Assembly (NCBI GenBank): GCA_964016885.1
Contig: OZ024740.1
Location: 202,492,001 to 202,556,000, forward strand
DNA length: 64,000 bases
Direction of reading: 5' to 3'
DNA from: Eledone cirrhosa
Taxonomy: Eukaryota
A program made the position numbers and the translations under genes. Of this stretch, positions 25,370-39,170 are shown piece after piece. The notes under the pieces were generated by a model. It ran no database searches. It was given only the letters and a program-made list of their open reading frames with translations, and was not told where the DNA came from. Position 1 is the stretch's first letter. Each line of letters begins with the position of its first letter.

Positions 25370-26106
25370 CAGGGTGTGAATGATATCTGTTCGCAAGATT
25401 ACTGTCTAGGAAAAAATAACACAGTAGTTTTATTTTTTAAGATATATTTATCAAACTTGGGTCAGTTTGTCTTCATGACTTGTTCTTTCGATCTCACTCG
25501 ATAAACCCGCCATTGGCTTTGATGATGGCCTCAAGGCGGCCTCGGAACCAGCTACAGACCTTCGTCACTGTCCCCTGACTTAGGCCCCTAAAGGCACTTG
25601 TGATCCTGGCCTTCAGATCGTCTTTCATATGGCAGTTAGATCTGTTGGTGTCTCGTTCCACTGCGCCCACACAAAGAAGTCGAGGGGGTTGGAGTCAGGC
25701 GAGCTGGGAGGCCAGATGTCAGGTGAAGTGTGGTCGGCGAAGTTCTCTGACAGCGAGGCTTGGGTCTTTTGGCTGGTATGGCAGGACGCTGAGTTTTGCT
25801 GCCACACGTACGGCCTACCTGCAGTTACCTGGTCGATCCAGGGCTTTACTACCTCACTCAGAACACGGATGTAGCCATCGGTGTTCAGCTTGAGGCTCTC
25901 AGGGAAGAAGTGAGGTGGCATGGCATGACGACACCTAAGACCAATGTTATCGCTGGAAACTTTGTCTGCATAACTCTGGGCACGTCTTTGGATGAGACAC
26001 CATTCTCCTGCTTATGCTGAGAAAGTCTGAAATTTCCTTATTTGTCCTCCTGGCGCGGATTCAAAGAAGAACTCCGTGTCTCTTCCACAAATTCGCAGGT
26101 TCAAAA
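25370..26106 (-). mobile_element. Second DD37D transposon copy, internally deleted, one TIR lost
   Basis: Begins TA|CAGGGTGTGAATGATATCTGTTCGCAA; colinear with 5146-5789 then 6204-6309; ends fused to a SINE head. Confidence 0.9.
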
Positions 26107-26196
26107 GCATGGCGTCCGACCCTCTACTGATACTGCCAATTGTTTCGCTACTCCATATAATATTTCTGGATCAGATGACTATATATCATTATTGAT

Positions 26197-26380
26197 TGGA
26201 TTGGCAGTATCGGTAGAGGGTCGAACGCCATGCTTTCCAGCATAGTTACGTCCCTTTACGATCTGAGTTCAAATCCCGCCGAGGTTAACTTTGCCTTTCA
26301 TCCTTACTGGGTCGATAAAATAAAGTACCAGTAATGCACTGGGTAATTGCTGGCCTTGTGCCTAAAGTAGAAACAATTAT
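26197..26380 (+). mobile_element. SINE family 1 (an inverted head fragment lies at 26104-26140)
   Basis: Match to 17851-18041; TSD-like ATTATTGAT on both sides. Confidence 0.9.
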
Positions 26381-26496
26381 TGATCTGGTTCAGTTGAAAA
26401 TAATTAACATATTTAAAAACATTTTGGCTTCTAACTAATTCACCAATCTCTCCTCTCCTATCTCCATCTCTCTCTTTAAGATCGGTTACTCTTGAA

Positions 26497-26498
<2 letters not shown>

Positions 26499-26567
<69 letters not shown>

Positions 26568-26776
26568 TGTGTATATATATATATATGTGTATATATATAT
26601 GTGTATATATATATATGTGTATATATATATATGTGTGTATATATATATATATGTGTATATATATATATGTGTATATCTATATATATGTATATATATATAT
26701 CTATATATATGTATATATATATATCTATATATATGTATATATATATATATATATATGTGTGTATATATATATATAT
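26499..26776. repeat. Interrupted (TA)n array
   Basis: Directly visible. Confidence 0.95.
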
Positions 26777-27303
26777 TCCTTAATTCCTTAATTCTAGCGT
26801 ATTTTCAAAACAAAACAAAATCCTTTTCCTTCTTTCGAAAACTCTAAACTCCCGCTTCTACTAGCCCTCGACCCCCCCCCCCCTCTACTTCACGAGGGCA
26901 TGGCGGTTAACCGCCCCAATACCTACATCATGCGGCCAAACCTCTCTCTCTCCCCCTCTCTCTCTCTTAGCTCTCTATATATATATATATATATATAAGA
27001 TAGAAATCACTTCGCCAAATTTCATTGCATTGCTGTTCCCTCCACGGTATATCATGTAACGTAATGTTCATATTTTTCTATCATTCTCTACCTCCACACT
27101 TCTATTTCGTATGCAGTCCAAATATCCAATCTATTGCTAAAACAAATCTGCATTTTTTTGTTATCATTAATTGTTAGATACGAGAGTTTTTGTCGTATTG
27201 AACAGAACAAATCTTGTATTTTTGTTAATCGCTTGTTAAATACAAGGACCTCATTCAATCATTACCTTCTAGCTAGCTACCCAACACCCCTCTCTCCCGC
27301 CCA

Positions 27304-27401
27304 CACGCACCACCATTGTTATTACGTGGACCAATCATAAGCCAGAGCCCCCACGCATCACCATTATTATTATTATTACGCGGACCAATCATAAGCCAGA
27401 G
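27304..27401 (+). promoter_or_regulatory. Duplicated ~45-50-bp unit with CCAAT boxes in the LINE 5'UTR (candidate internal promoter)
   Basis: GGACCAATCATAAGCCAGAG at ~27328 and ~27382. Confidence 0.45.
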
Positions 27402-27508
27402 GCCTATACTATCGCTTGCCTGGTTGCTTTTCGATATATGATGGATGGATGGACTGCGGAATCCTGGAGAGTGGAGGAGAGAGAGAAAAATCTGGACGCT
27501 CAGCGACA

Positions 27509-30500
27509 ATGCCAAAGATAAAGACAAATTCACCTCGTGGACGAGAATGCGAGCACTCCTCATTGTTTCGACCGCGGACAGCTAACATAACCCCATCGCC
27601 CACCGCCCCCAACCCCCAAACGCAATCCAAAACTTCAGAGTTGGTACCATAAATGTAGGCACCTTAAAGGGTCGCGCTAACGAGGTTGTAGAAATGCTTG
27701 AACGTAAGGAGGTCGATGTTTGTTGTATTCAAGAGACCAGATGGAGGGGTGGGTCTGCTAGATTCATTGAGGGTAAAAAACGATGTTATAAGCTTTTCTG
27801 GGCGGGAAACGACGATGGGCTGGGTGGAGTAGGAATCATGGTAGCAGAAAAGTGGGCAGATAAGATAATAGACGTAAATAGAGTGAACGACAGAATAATT
27901 AAAATAAGACTTGTCCTCAATAGAACTACGGTGACAGTAATATCTGCGTACGCACCCCAATCCGGACTGCCCGGCACTATAAAAGACAGATTCTATGAGA
28001 CACTGATGCTCACTACCTCCCAAATAACCGACAGTGACTATATAATTATCGCAGGCGACCTAAATGGTCACGTTGGACAACATTGTGACGGCTACGATGA
28101 AATCCATGGAGGCTATGGGTTTGGTACTAGAAATGAGGAAGGCTCCAGAATCCTGGAATTCTGTGACGCAAATAACCTAACTATCTGTAACACTAACTTC
28201 AAAAAACGTGACAATCACCTGATCACCTATAGATCCGGGGAACACACAAGCCAGGTAGATTATATCCTTACCAGAAGACGCGACAGAGTGTCTGTTGTAA
28301 ACACTAAATCCCTCCCCCATGAAGAATGCACCTCCCAACATAGACTGATAATTAGCGACCTCATAGTCAGGACGAGACGTACTCGACAGCAGAAGAGGAC
28401 TATCCTCAGGAGAAAAATATGGAAGCTAAAGGACCCCACAGCCAGAAATAAATTTCAAAGCATATTACTTGATGCTTTCGACAGTAAGGAAGAGCATTTA
28501 GAGTCGGACAATATAGAGGGACAGTGGGAATTTCTGAAAGCAAACCTGCTGATGGTGACAGACAAGTGTACTTCGCAAGAAGGGAAGCAGAGGAAAGAAA
28601 GTTCAAGCATGTTGTACAACGCGAGGACCAAAAACGTGAGGTGTTCAGGATTGCTAGGCAATGTGTCAAGGAAAACCGTGATATTGTCGGGGAGAAGTGT
28701 GTACTTAATGATGACGGCATACTTGCCATCACCGACGCTGATAAGAAGGTAGCTTGGAAGTGCCACTATGAAAGGCTACTAAATGAGGAGAATAAATGGG
28801 AGAAAGACAGTCTCTCCCACATCGACCCAATAGAGGGACAAGCAGTGTTAGTCGAGGGTAGTATAATAAGTAAGGCAATCAAGGATATGAAGACGGGTAA
28901 GGCGGCTGGGCCTTCAGAAATAGTTGCTGAGATGCTGAAGTCATCTGGCTCGGTGGGACACACCTTGGTCACCCGGATAGTTAACCAAGTCGTACAGAAG
29001 GGGGTTGTTCCGAAGGACTGGCATAGCAACATCATCGTTAACTGTTATAAGGGTAAAGGAGATGCCCTAGATAGGAGTAACTATAGAGGCATTAAACTAA
29101 TCGACCAGGTCATGAAGGTCACGGAAAAAGTAATAGCGCAACTAATCAGAGAGAGAATTGACCTAGATGAAATGCAGTTCGGGTTTGTGTCAGGCAAAAG
29201 TACCACAGACGCTCTTTTCATAGTACGACAACTACAGGAGAAGTTCCTAGCTAAAGGTAAACCCCTCTACTTAGCTTTTGTCGACTTGGAGAAAGCCTTC
29301 GACAGAGTCCCCCGCTCCATTATCTGGTGGGCTCTTAGAAAACTAGGCGTTGACGAATGGCTTGTGAGGGCTATACAAGCCATGTATAAAGAAACAGTCA
29401 GCAAGGTTAGAATTAACAACGAATATAGTGAAGAGTTTAGCGTAAAAGTTGGCGTCCATCAGGGCTCTGTTCTCAGCCCCCTACTATTTATTATTGCCCT
29501 TCAGGCTATAACAGAGGAGTTCAAGACAGGCTGCCCATGGGAACTCCTATACGCAGACGACCTGACACTCATAGCGGAATCAATGGCCGAGCTAGAGAAG
29601 AAATTCCAAACATGGAAGCACGGCCTAGAGTCAAAAGGACTTAAAATTAACCTGGCTAAGACCAAAGTTCTAGTTTGTAGGAAAGAAAACAAGGCGGCGG
29701 TCCCTTCTGGGAAATGGTCGTGCTCGGTGTGTAGGAAAGGCGTAGGTAGAAACTCCATTTTATGTCCTAAATGCAAAGTATGGGTGCATAAAAGATGTAG
29801 TGGGATCACAGGTAAGCTAACTAAGAACATAGATTTTACATGTGGCCGGTGTTCTGGTGCAATAAGTAGCAGCAAGTGCCCACAAAATACTAGCTCTTTC
29901 AATTGCGCAGAGGGTTCTATAGAAATAGTGGACAGCTTCCGTTACCTGGGCGATAAAATCAGCAGTGGGGGAGGGTGCTCTGAAAGTACTGTAGCTAGAG
30001 TCAGAACTGGTTGGAAAAAGTTCAGAGAGCTTATACCACTATTAGCTGCTAAAGTGTTCTCCCTAAAAATGAAAAGCAGGTTGTACGATGCCTGCATACG
30101 AACAGCAATGTTGCATGGCAGTGAGACCTGGGCATTGTGTGCAGAGGATATACGCAGACTAGAGAGGAACGAAGCTTGCATGCTCCGCTGGATGTGTAAC
30201 AGTAATATACGTGAACGGCAAAGCATAAACGAACTAAGGAAAAAATTAGAGATAAGAGGGATCAGATGTTGTTTACTCGAGAGAAGGCTACGTTGGTATG
30301 GACACGTGATGCGCATGAAAGTCGATAGCTGTATAACAAAGTGCAGGGCAATAAAGATAGACGGTAGCCACGGAATAGGCAGACCTAGAAAAACCTGGGA
30401 CGAGCTGATAAACTCCGACCTCACACACTTACACCTCTCCAAGACAATGTCACTGGACCGAGACCTTTGGCGGTACTCAGTAACAGAGAAGACCCGCCTT

Positions 30501-30518
30501 GCCAGTAGGCATCTCTAA
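27509..30518 (+). pseudogene. RTE ORF (APE-RT) disrupted by a 163-bp deletion at ~28563 and a probable N-terminal frameshift
   Basis: ORFs 27694-28752 and 28524-30518 are in different frames; the missing segment is present in the sister copy (46104-46266). Confidence 0.85.
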
Positions 30519-30863
30519 CAAAATACACCCCGTCCCGCCACCCCCCTCCCCATCCACACCACCCCGTCCTATGTAAAGTTATGTTGGTGCCGCGCCATCC
30601 AGGCCGAAACAAATGAGATCGTGTAGGTGTCACGACAAAAAAACACACAGTCCACGCTGTAATGTGGCCGTGTAGGCAACACGGTAAAAACCTCCCAGAC
30701 CCACACTGTAAATGTGGTTGGTGTTAGGAAGGGCATCCAACTGTAGAAAACCTGCCAGACAGTCCTATGCGAGCAAGACAATCACTCTTGCCACAAGTGG
30801 GACTACCCCCGTCCAAACCCATGCAAGCGTGGAACACGGACGTTAAACGTTGATGATGATGAT

Positions 30864-33334
<2,471 letters not shown>

Positions 33335-33342
33335 TCATTTCA

Positions 33343-33668
33343 TTTAATTTTATGTCCGCTTTTTCCCTGCTTGCAAGGGTGGGACGGGAACTGATTCTGG
33401 CTTGATTTCTACAGCTGGATGCCCTTCCTAACACCAACCTCATTTACAGTGAGTGCTGGGTGCTTATTGCCGTGTCACCTCCACGACCACTTTGCAGTGG
33501 AATGATAGAGACCCCAGTCCCTATCATCTTATTTCTACAGCTGAGTAAACTGGAGCAATGTGAAATAAAGTGTCTTGCTCAAGGAAACAACACATCACCC
33601 GGTCTGAGAATTGAACTCACAACCTTTCGATTGCAAGGCCAATGCTCTAACCACTAAGCCATGTGTCT
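33343..33668 (-). mobile_element. tRNA-derived CORE-like SINE (family 2, tail variant b: RTE-derived), full length
   Basis: A box TGGCTTAGTGG, B box GAGTTCAATTC, core, then RTE 3'UTR-derived tail; second copy at 41840-42118. Confidence 0.9.
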
Positions 33669-33719
33669 ATATATATACAAAGAGTTAAAACAATCAAATG
33701 TTAGTTTAGAACATTTATT

Positions 33720-33766
33720 TGCTGACAATTGTTTCTTCGAGAGGGAAGTCTGGCATCATCGGAGCA
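33720..33766 (-). ncRNA. Minimal type I hammerhead motif, inverted copy
   Basis: Same as 33906-33952 with two stem II mismatches. Confidence 0.65.
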
Positions 33767-33905
33767 TAGGGAATGTCAACATTAGTGTCATGTGAGCATG
33801 TCCAGTTAACCTCAGTCTCCTCTGTGTCTATGATACTAACAACACTTATGTATCCTACATGCTCTGAATGATTAGGATTTTAGTAGCATGGTTTGACATT
33901 CCCTA

Positions 33906-33952
33906 TGCTCCGATGATTCCAGACTTCCCTCTGGAAGAAACAATTGTCAGCA
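33906..33952 (+). ncRNA. Minimal type I hammerhead ribozyme motif
   Basis: TGCT-CCGATGA-TTCCAGA(cttccc)TCTGGAA-GAAA-CAATTG-TC-AGCA; palindromic stem III; core U4 changed to C. Confidence 0.75.
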
Positions 33953-34131
33953 AATAAATGTTGTAAACTAAAATTTTATTGTTTTAACACTTTGTATCTC
34001 GGTTCTGTAAAACACTTGATAATTCGCATTGAGCCTTTTATCATACTGGTAACCGGCTAGTACTTAGTACTACCCTCCATATTCATAATTGTATTAAACA
34101 TATATAAATATTCTCATTACTATATATATAT

Positions 34132-34173
<42 letters not shown>

Positions 34174-34319
34174 GCGCACACATTAGGATTGAACTAGTTT
34201 TAAACAGATTCAACACAGTACTGGATACTTAGAATAGTAGAGTATGACTATATTAGATAGTTGGGACCTGACAACAGCTGAGCCCTTGCCATTTCAACAG
34301 CTAGTTCCTGACATGCACT

Positions 34320-34374
<55 letters not shown>

Positions 34375-34389
34375 ATATATATATAATTA

Positions 34390-34650
34390 TTTAGGGCGGG
34401 TAACAAGATCCATGGATGAGTTCTCTCCAGCGGTCTTTGTCCATCATCATCGCCACCATGTCCTGCGTCTCTCACAAACCCCTGTCTGTCCTTAGGGCAT
34501 CAGTATATGTCAGCCTCGGTCTTATAGTGTGTCCATACAGGGGCTGCAGTGTCAACTCTGAATGGCAGTGAGCATGTCCAGTTAACCTCAGTCTGCTCTG
34601 TGTTACTTTTGAGCTGACTTTTGGTAGGCCCCCGTGCAGCTCTGACTTCT
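34390..34650 (-). mobile_element. RTE-like LINE family D 3' fragment
   Basis: ELHGGLPKVSSKVTQSRLRLTGHAH; homologous to 46945-47227. Confidence 0.8.
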
Positions 34651-34666
34651 TCATCCTCAGATTTCT

Positions 34667-34697
<31 letters not shown>

Positions 34698-34774
34698 TGT
34701 GGTAAAAACCCGGCAGATTATATCTGTAGTAAGTTGAGTTCAGTATAGAGTTATTTTCACAACAAATTATCAAA

Positions 34775-35130
34775 CTATACAAGTGGCCAAAATTGTGTTC
34801 CTCCAAAGGGTCTTTGGAGTAATGCTACTTGAGAATGTGCAAAGCTTGGAGATCAGAGAGTTGCTCCCACATGCTGCTACTTCTCTGAATTGAGAGATCA
34901 TAGTTCCGATATTATGGACATGTGGTTAGAATGTCTCAGGAAAGAATCACTGGACAGATTTTACAAGCAAAACCAACCAGCAGGAGACCCAGGGTTAGAC
35001 TCCAAGCAAGATGGTTGGAGAACAGCCATGAGCTCAGCTGGATTCACTTGGGTGTCCAGTTGGATCAATTGGAGACAGTTGCCTCTGACAGGACCTGCTG
35101 GAATATGTGGTATGGGACTCTTCCTCCATG
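34775..35130 (+). mobile_element. RTE family E (Expander/Rex3-like) 3' fragment
   Basis: Homologous to 4345-4712. Confidence 0.85.
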
Positions 35131-36537
35131 ATCCTCCCAGGAATACATGAGCGAAGGTGTTAGATTTTTATTTAAATAGGAATTCTTTAAAATGTATGGT
35201 TTTCTTTCATAGAACCAGAGTCAGTTATGGATAGGTTGGTATCAAAAGGGTTAAAACAGGTAGTTTTGTATCATGGAACCTGCGACAGTTCCAGGTTGTT
35301 TGGTATCAAAAGGGTTAAGGGTGTATGTCTGTGGAACTGTTAGCCATTTACACATTAATTTAATGAATAGTTTGTTTCATTGATTGCTCTTTTGGAACTA
35401 AACCTTTCATTAAAACGTGTTATTGTTTCCTGAGTCTATTCTCTGTTTGAAATATTTTGCACCAGACTTTGCAGGAACTCTTTGCAACTTTCACATGAAA
35501 AATAAGATAGAATTTTATAGATTGCTTTGAGAGGAGTTATTGAAACAAATAGCTAGTTAATAATTAATTCAAGTCTCTCACTTCCCCACTCTCTCTCTCA
35601 AGATTGTTACCCAAATGATACTGTGAGACAACTCTTCAAGTCAATGTTACTATTGATCACTTAATTATACTTGATTATTGATGATTTTCTCCACAAATGT
35701 ACTTGCAACATTCACAAAAATAGATCTATTGATTTCTGTATGGCAGTGTCTTGAAGACAGCAGCATCCTATATAGTACTCTACATGTAAATAATCAAATT
35801 AACAAACTATTGGCAGCCTTTGCTCCATACTACTACACCTAGTTTCATAAATGAATTTTAATTATGGAGAGAGAAATAATTATTGAGAATGATGTCTTTC
35901 TAATTAGAAAAATACTAAAAAAAAAAAATTCTATGTGTACATAAATACATACATCATTATCGTCATCACTTAACGTCTATTTTTCCATTCTGATATGCAT
36001 TGGATGGGTCATCAGCGACCAAGTCAGTACATAATCAGAGTTAATGTTCTCTCAACATCAGGCCAGGTGCCCAAATCTCACTTACAACAATCTCAAGTTT
36101 TGGCATGGTTTCTGTGACTACATGCCCTTCCTATCACCAACCACTTTACAAGTTTACTGGGTGCATTTTATTGTGGCATCAGCACAATGTATCTTATCAC
36201 GTCTTTTACACAACTGACGAGTCCTCTCAACCCTTTGCATGGCATGGTTTCTATGGCTGTGTGCCCTTCCTAACAACTAACACTTTACAGTGAGTACTAG
36301 GTGTATTTTAACATGACACCAACACTAAAAGTGTTGTCATGCCCTTTATACAACTGAAAAGTCCTCTCATCCTATACATTATATTCAATTTTTATTTTAT
36401 TTTCTTATAATTGATTTATCTCCACTTTGTACTGAAGAAACCCAGTAAGCTGAAAGGTGTCATATACGTTGATGGAACAACTTAAATTTTATGAATTCGC
36501 ATTTATTAATGACATTGCTACAACAACACGAGTGTTT

Positions 36538-36725
36538 TTACCCTTTTGATAGCAAACTGCCTGAAAATGTTCCTGGTTTTATGATATCTAAAACTACCTG
36601 AAACTGTTCCTGGTTTTATATCTAAAACTGCCTGAAACTGTTCCTGGTTTTATATCTAAAACTACCTGAAACTGTTCCTGGTTTTATATTACCTAAAACT
36701 GATAAAACTGCTCCTGGTTTTATAA
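36538..36725. repeat. 34-bp tandem repeat (about 5 copies) derived from a CCCTTTTGATA-type MITE end
   Basis: AAACT(A/G)CCTGAAACTGTTCCTGGTTTTATATCTA; begins TTTTACCCTTTTGATAGCAAAC, the reverse complement of the ends at 35236-35318. Confidence 0.65.
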
Positions 36726-36769
36726 TATAAAAAACACTTTAACATAAACATAATACACACATACTATTG

Positions 36770-37330
36770 GGTATGAAAGATTGGAAGGCAAAGTTGACCT
36801 TGGTGCAATTTGAACACAGAATGTAAAGGGCCATAACTTATTGCGGCAAAGCATTTTGTCCAATGTTTAATTGATTCTGCCAACCCACCACCCTGTAGAT
36901 AGGAAATTGAAAAATAAAATAAAATAAACAATAATAATGGTGTCTGATTGAAGCACAATGTTGGAGGAAGGGAAAGTTGATTAAATCAACCCCAGTGCAT
37001 CACTGGTGCTTTCTTTTATCGACCCCGTAAGAGTAAAAGGCAAAGATAACCTCAGTGGGATTTGAACTCAGAATGTAAAGAGCTGGAAGATATGACACAA
37101 AACACTTTGTCCAATATTCTAACAATTCTACCAATAATTGTTTATACTTTTGGCACAAGGTCAGCAATTTGAAGGGAAGAAGAAAGTTGATTAAATCAAC
37201 TTCAATACATTACTGGTACTTTATTTTATTGAACCCCATAAGGATGAAAGGAAAAGCTAATCTGGCAGGATTTGAACTCAGAATGCAAAAGGCCGTAACT
37301 CTATGCTGTAAAGCATGTTGTCTGACACGC
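36770..37330 (-). mobile_element. Cluster of three degenerate SINE family 1 copies
   Basis: Repeated GGCAAAGTTGACCT..GGATTTGAACTCAGAATG..TGCCAA. Confidence 0.8.
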
Positions 37331-38607
37331 TACTAATACTGCCAACATGATAATACCAACAGCAGCAACAATAGCCAAAAGACAATCACAAATACAATTA
37401 TAGTTCCTCTACAGAGGAGAATGGCAAAAATTACTACAAGTGTATTGGGAGTACCTTGTGGCTGTGGAAATGGAAAAAATAACTAGTAATTTACCACCGA
37501 TCCCACGTGGTGCCTACACAATGGAAATATCGACTCACATACCAAAAAAAAAAAAAAAATTATTCAAAAAGTTTTTCTTGCAACTTCCATGAATGTAGGA
37601 GGAATTGAAAAAAAAGTATGTGGTAAAGAAGAAGAATTATTTAATTTAAATATTTCATTTGTTTTGTTCGTTATTTATTTTGAATAAAAAATAAATTTGA
37701 TATTGAATTCTGGCAGTATTTTCTCATTGAAGTTTTCAATAAAGACGGTGTAAATTACTGCATTTTAAAGGTTAAATTGTTTGATGTGTAATATAGAATC
37801 TCTTTCATGGCTTTCATTTCTTTGAGTTGAAGTTATGCATTCTTCATTAGAGGCTATTGTAATGACATTTATTTAACTGATGGAATGAAATGTGGATTTG
37901 TTACTACTACTCACCACTGCTCTCTCTTTCATTTTCTACCCCAACACTCTCTCTTTCATTTTCTCCCCCCAACACTCTCTTTCATTTTCTCCCAACACTC
38001 TCTCTATCTATCTATCTATCACTCTCTCTCTCTCAATAATTAGTGGTGACTCCAGCACTCTAACTACTCAGGCTCAGCTCATGTACCACAACTGTTGGGT
38101 CTATTTCAGACCAACAAGAAATCTAGAACACTACATTCATTTATTGTAATATTTACTCTGATCCAAAGCCATGACTTCAGTTGACAAATTTCCACCCAAT
38201 TAATTAAGAATTTAAAAACATCTTGCCTGGTGTTACATTGACAAGCATAGCTGTGTTTTGATTTTATAAAATGTTGACCTAAAAGAATTTTGCTTTTTAT
38301 AATAAAATTATCAGGGTTAGTTTGAGCTAATATGGTAGATTAATTATTTTAACCCTAGGTCATTCTTGATCAGGCAGACCTATGGTTAAATGTATTTCCT
38401 TCCATATATTTAAAGTAAAAAAATCTGTTCCAAACCCTGAGGCTCATCAGGCCACTCCTTATCCCAGTTTCATTGGTGTTAAATAACTAACAGTTCAAAA
38501 ATCTTTCCTTAAACAGGGCACCAGTCCATTGCAGGCTTAACCCCAGATGCCACCAATATTCAGATATTCATTTTCAACTGGAACAATGTGAAATGGTCCA
38601 TTCCATT

Positions 38608-39035
38608 TGAGAGAAGTTAGATGCTATTTCTAGCAGTTCCACCGGCTGTGTAGAGGATCTCTTGCTAACTGCTAGTAACATGTGGGAGATGAACCACATG
38701 TTGTTTACCCCAGGTCAACCCTGATCACTCTATGAATTGAGGGAAGTTAACTGCTATTTCTACCAGCTCAGCCAAGCATGTACAGGTTCTGTCTGTAACT
38801 CTCTGCTTGTAACATGTGGGAGATGTTGTTTACTCCAGATCAACTCTGATCACTCTATAAACTGAGAGAAGTTAACTGCTATTTCTAGCAATTCCACCAA
38901 CCATATAGAGGATCTCTTGTTGATGTTGTTTACCCCAGGTCAACCCTGATCACTCTATGAACTGAGGAAGTTAGGTGCTATTTCTAGCAGCTCAACCAAC
39001 CATATAGAGGTTCTGTCTGCTAGTAACATGTGGTA
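38608..39035. repeat. ~110-125-bp tandem repeat, about 4 copies
   Basis: GATGTTGTTTACCCCAGGTCAACCCTGATCACTCTATGAACTGAG.GAAGTTA..TGCTATTTCTAGCAG recurs. Confidence 0.85.
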
Positions 39036-39170
39036 AATGAGTTCTGTGGGATGTCTGTTACCAAAGACTAATCTATTAGCTTGCTTACTGACCTACTCAC
39101 AGGTGAAATATGTTATCAACAAGGTCATACTGATTAACTTCACATGTTAAACATATGAGTTTCTATAAAC

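Larger units (their letters stand above)
33675..34125. mobile_element. Penelope-like pLTR remnant with inverted duplication
   Basis: Arms 33675-33779 and 33893-33997 are reverse complements, each with a hammerhead followed by AATAAA. Confidence 0.65.

Noticed and set aside
29501-30442. Antisense ORFs conserved across LINE copies (also 3586-3975, 7301-8314, 44223-44723)
   Set aside because: Shadow frames of RT coding sequence, conserved only because the copies are similar
33595-33668. tRNA gene
   Set aside because: A and B boxes continue into a SINE core and tail; acceptor stem not intact; it is a SINE head
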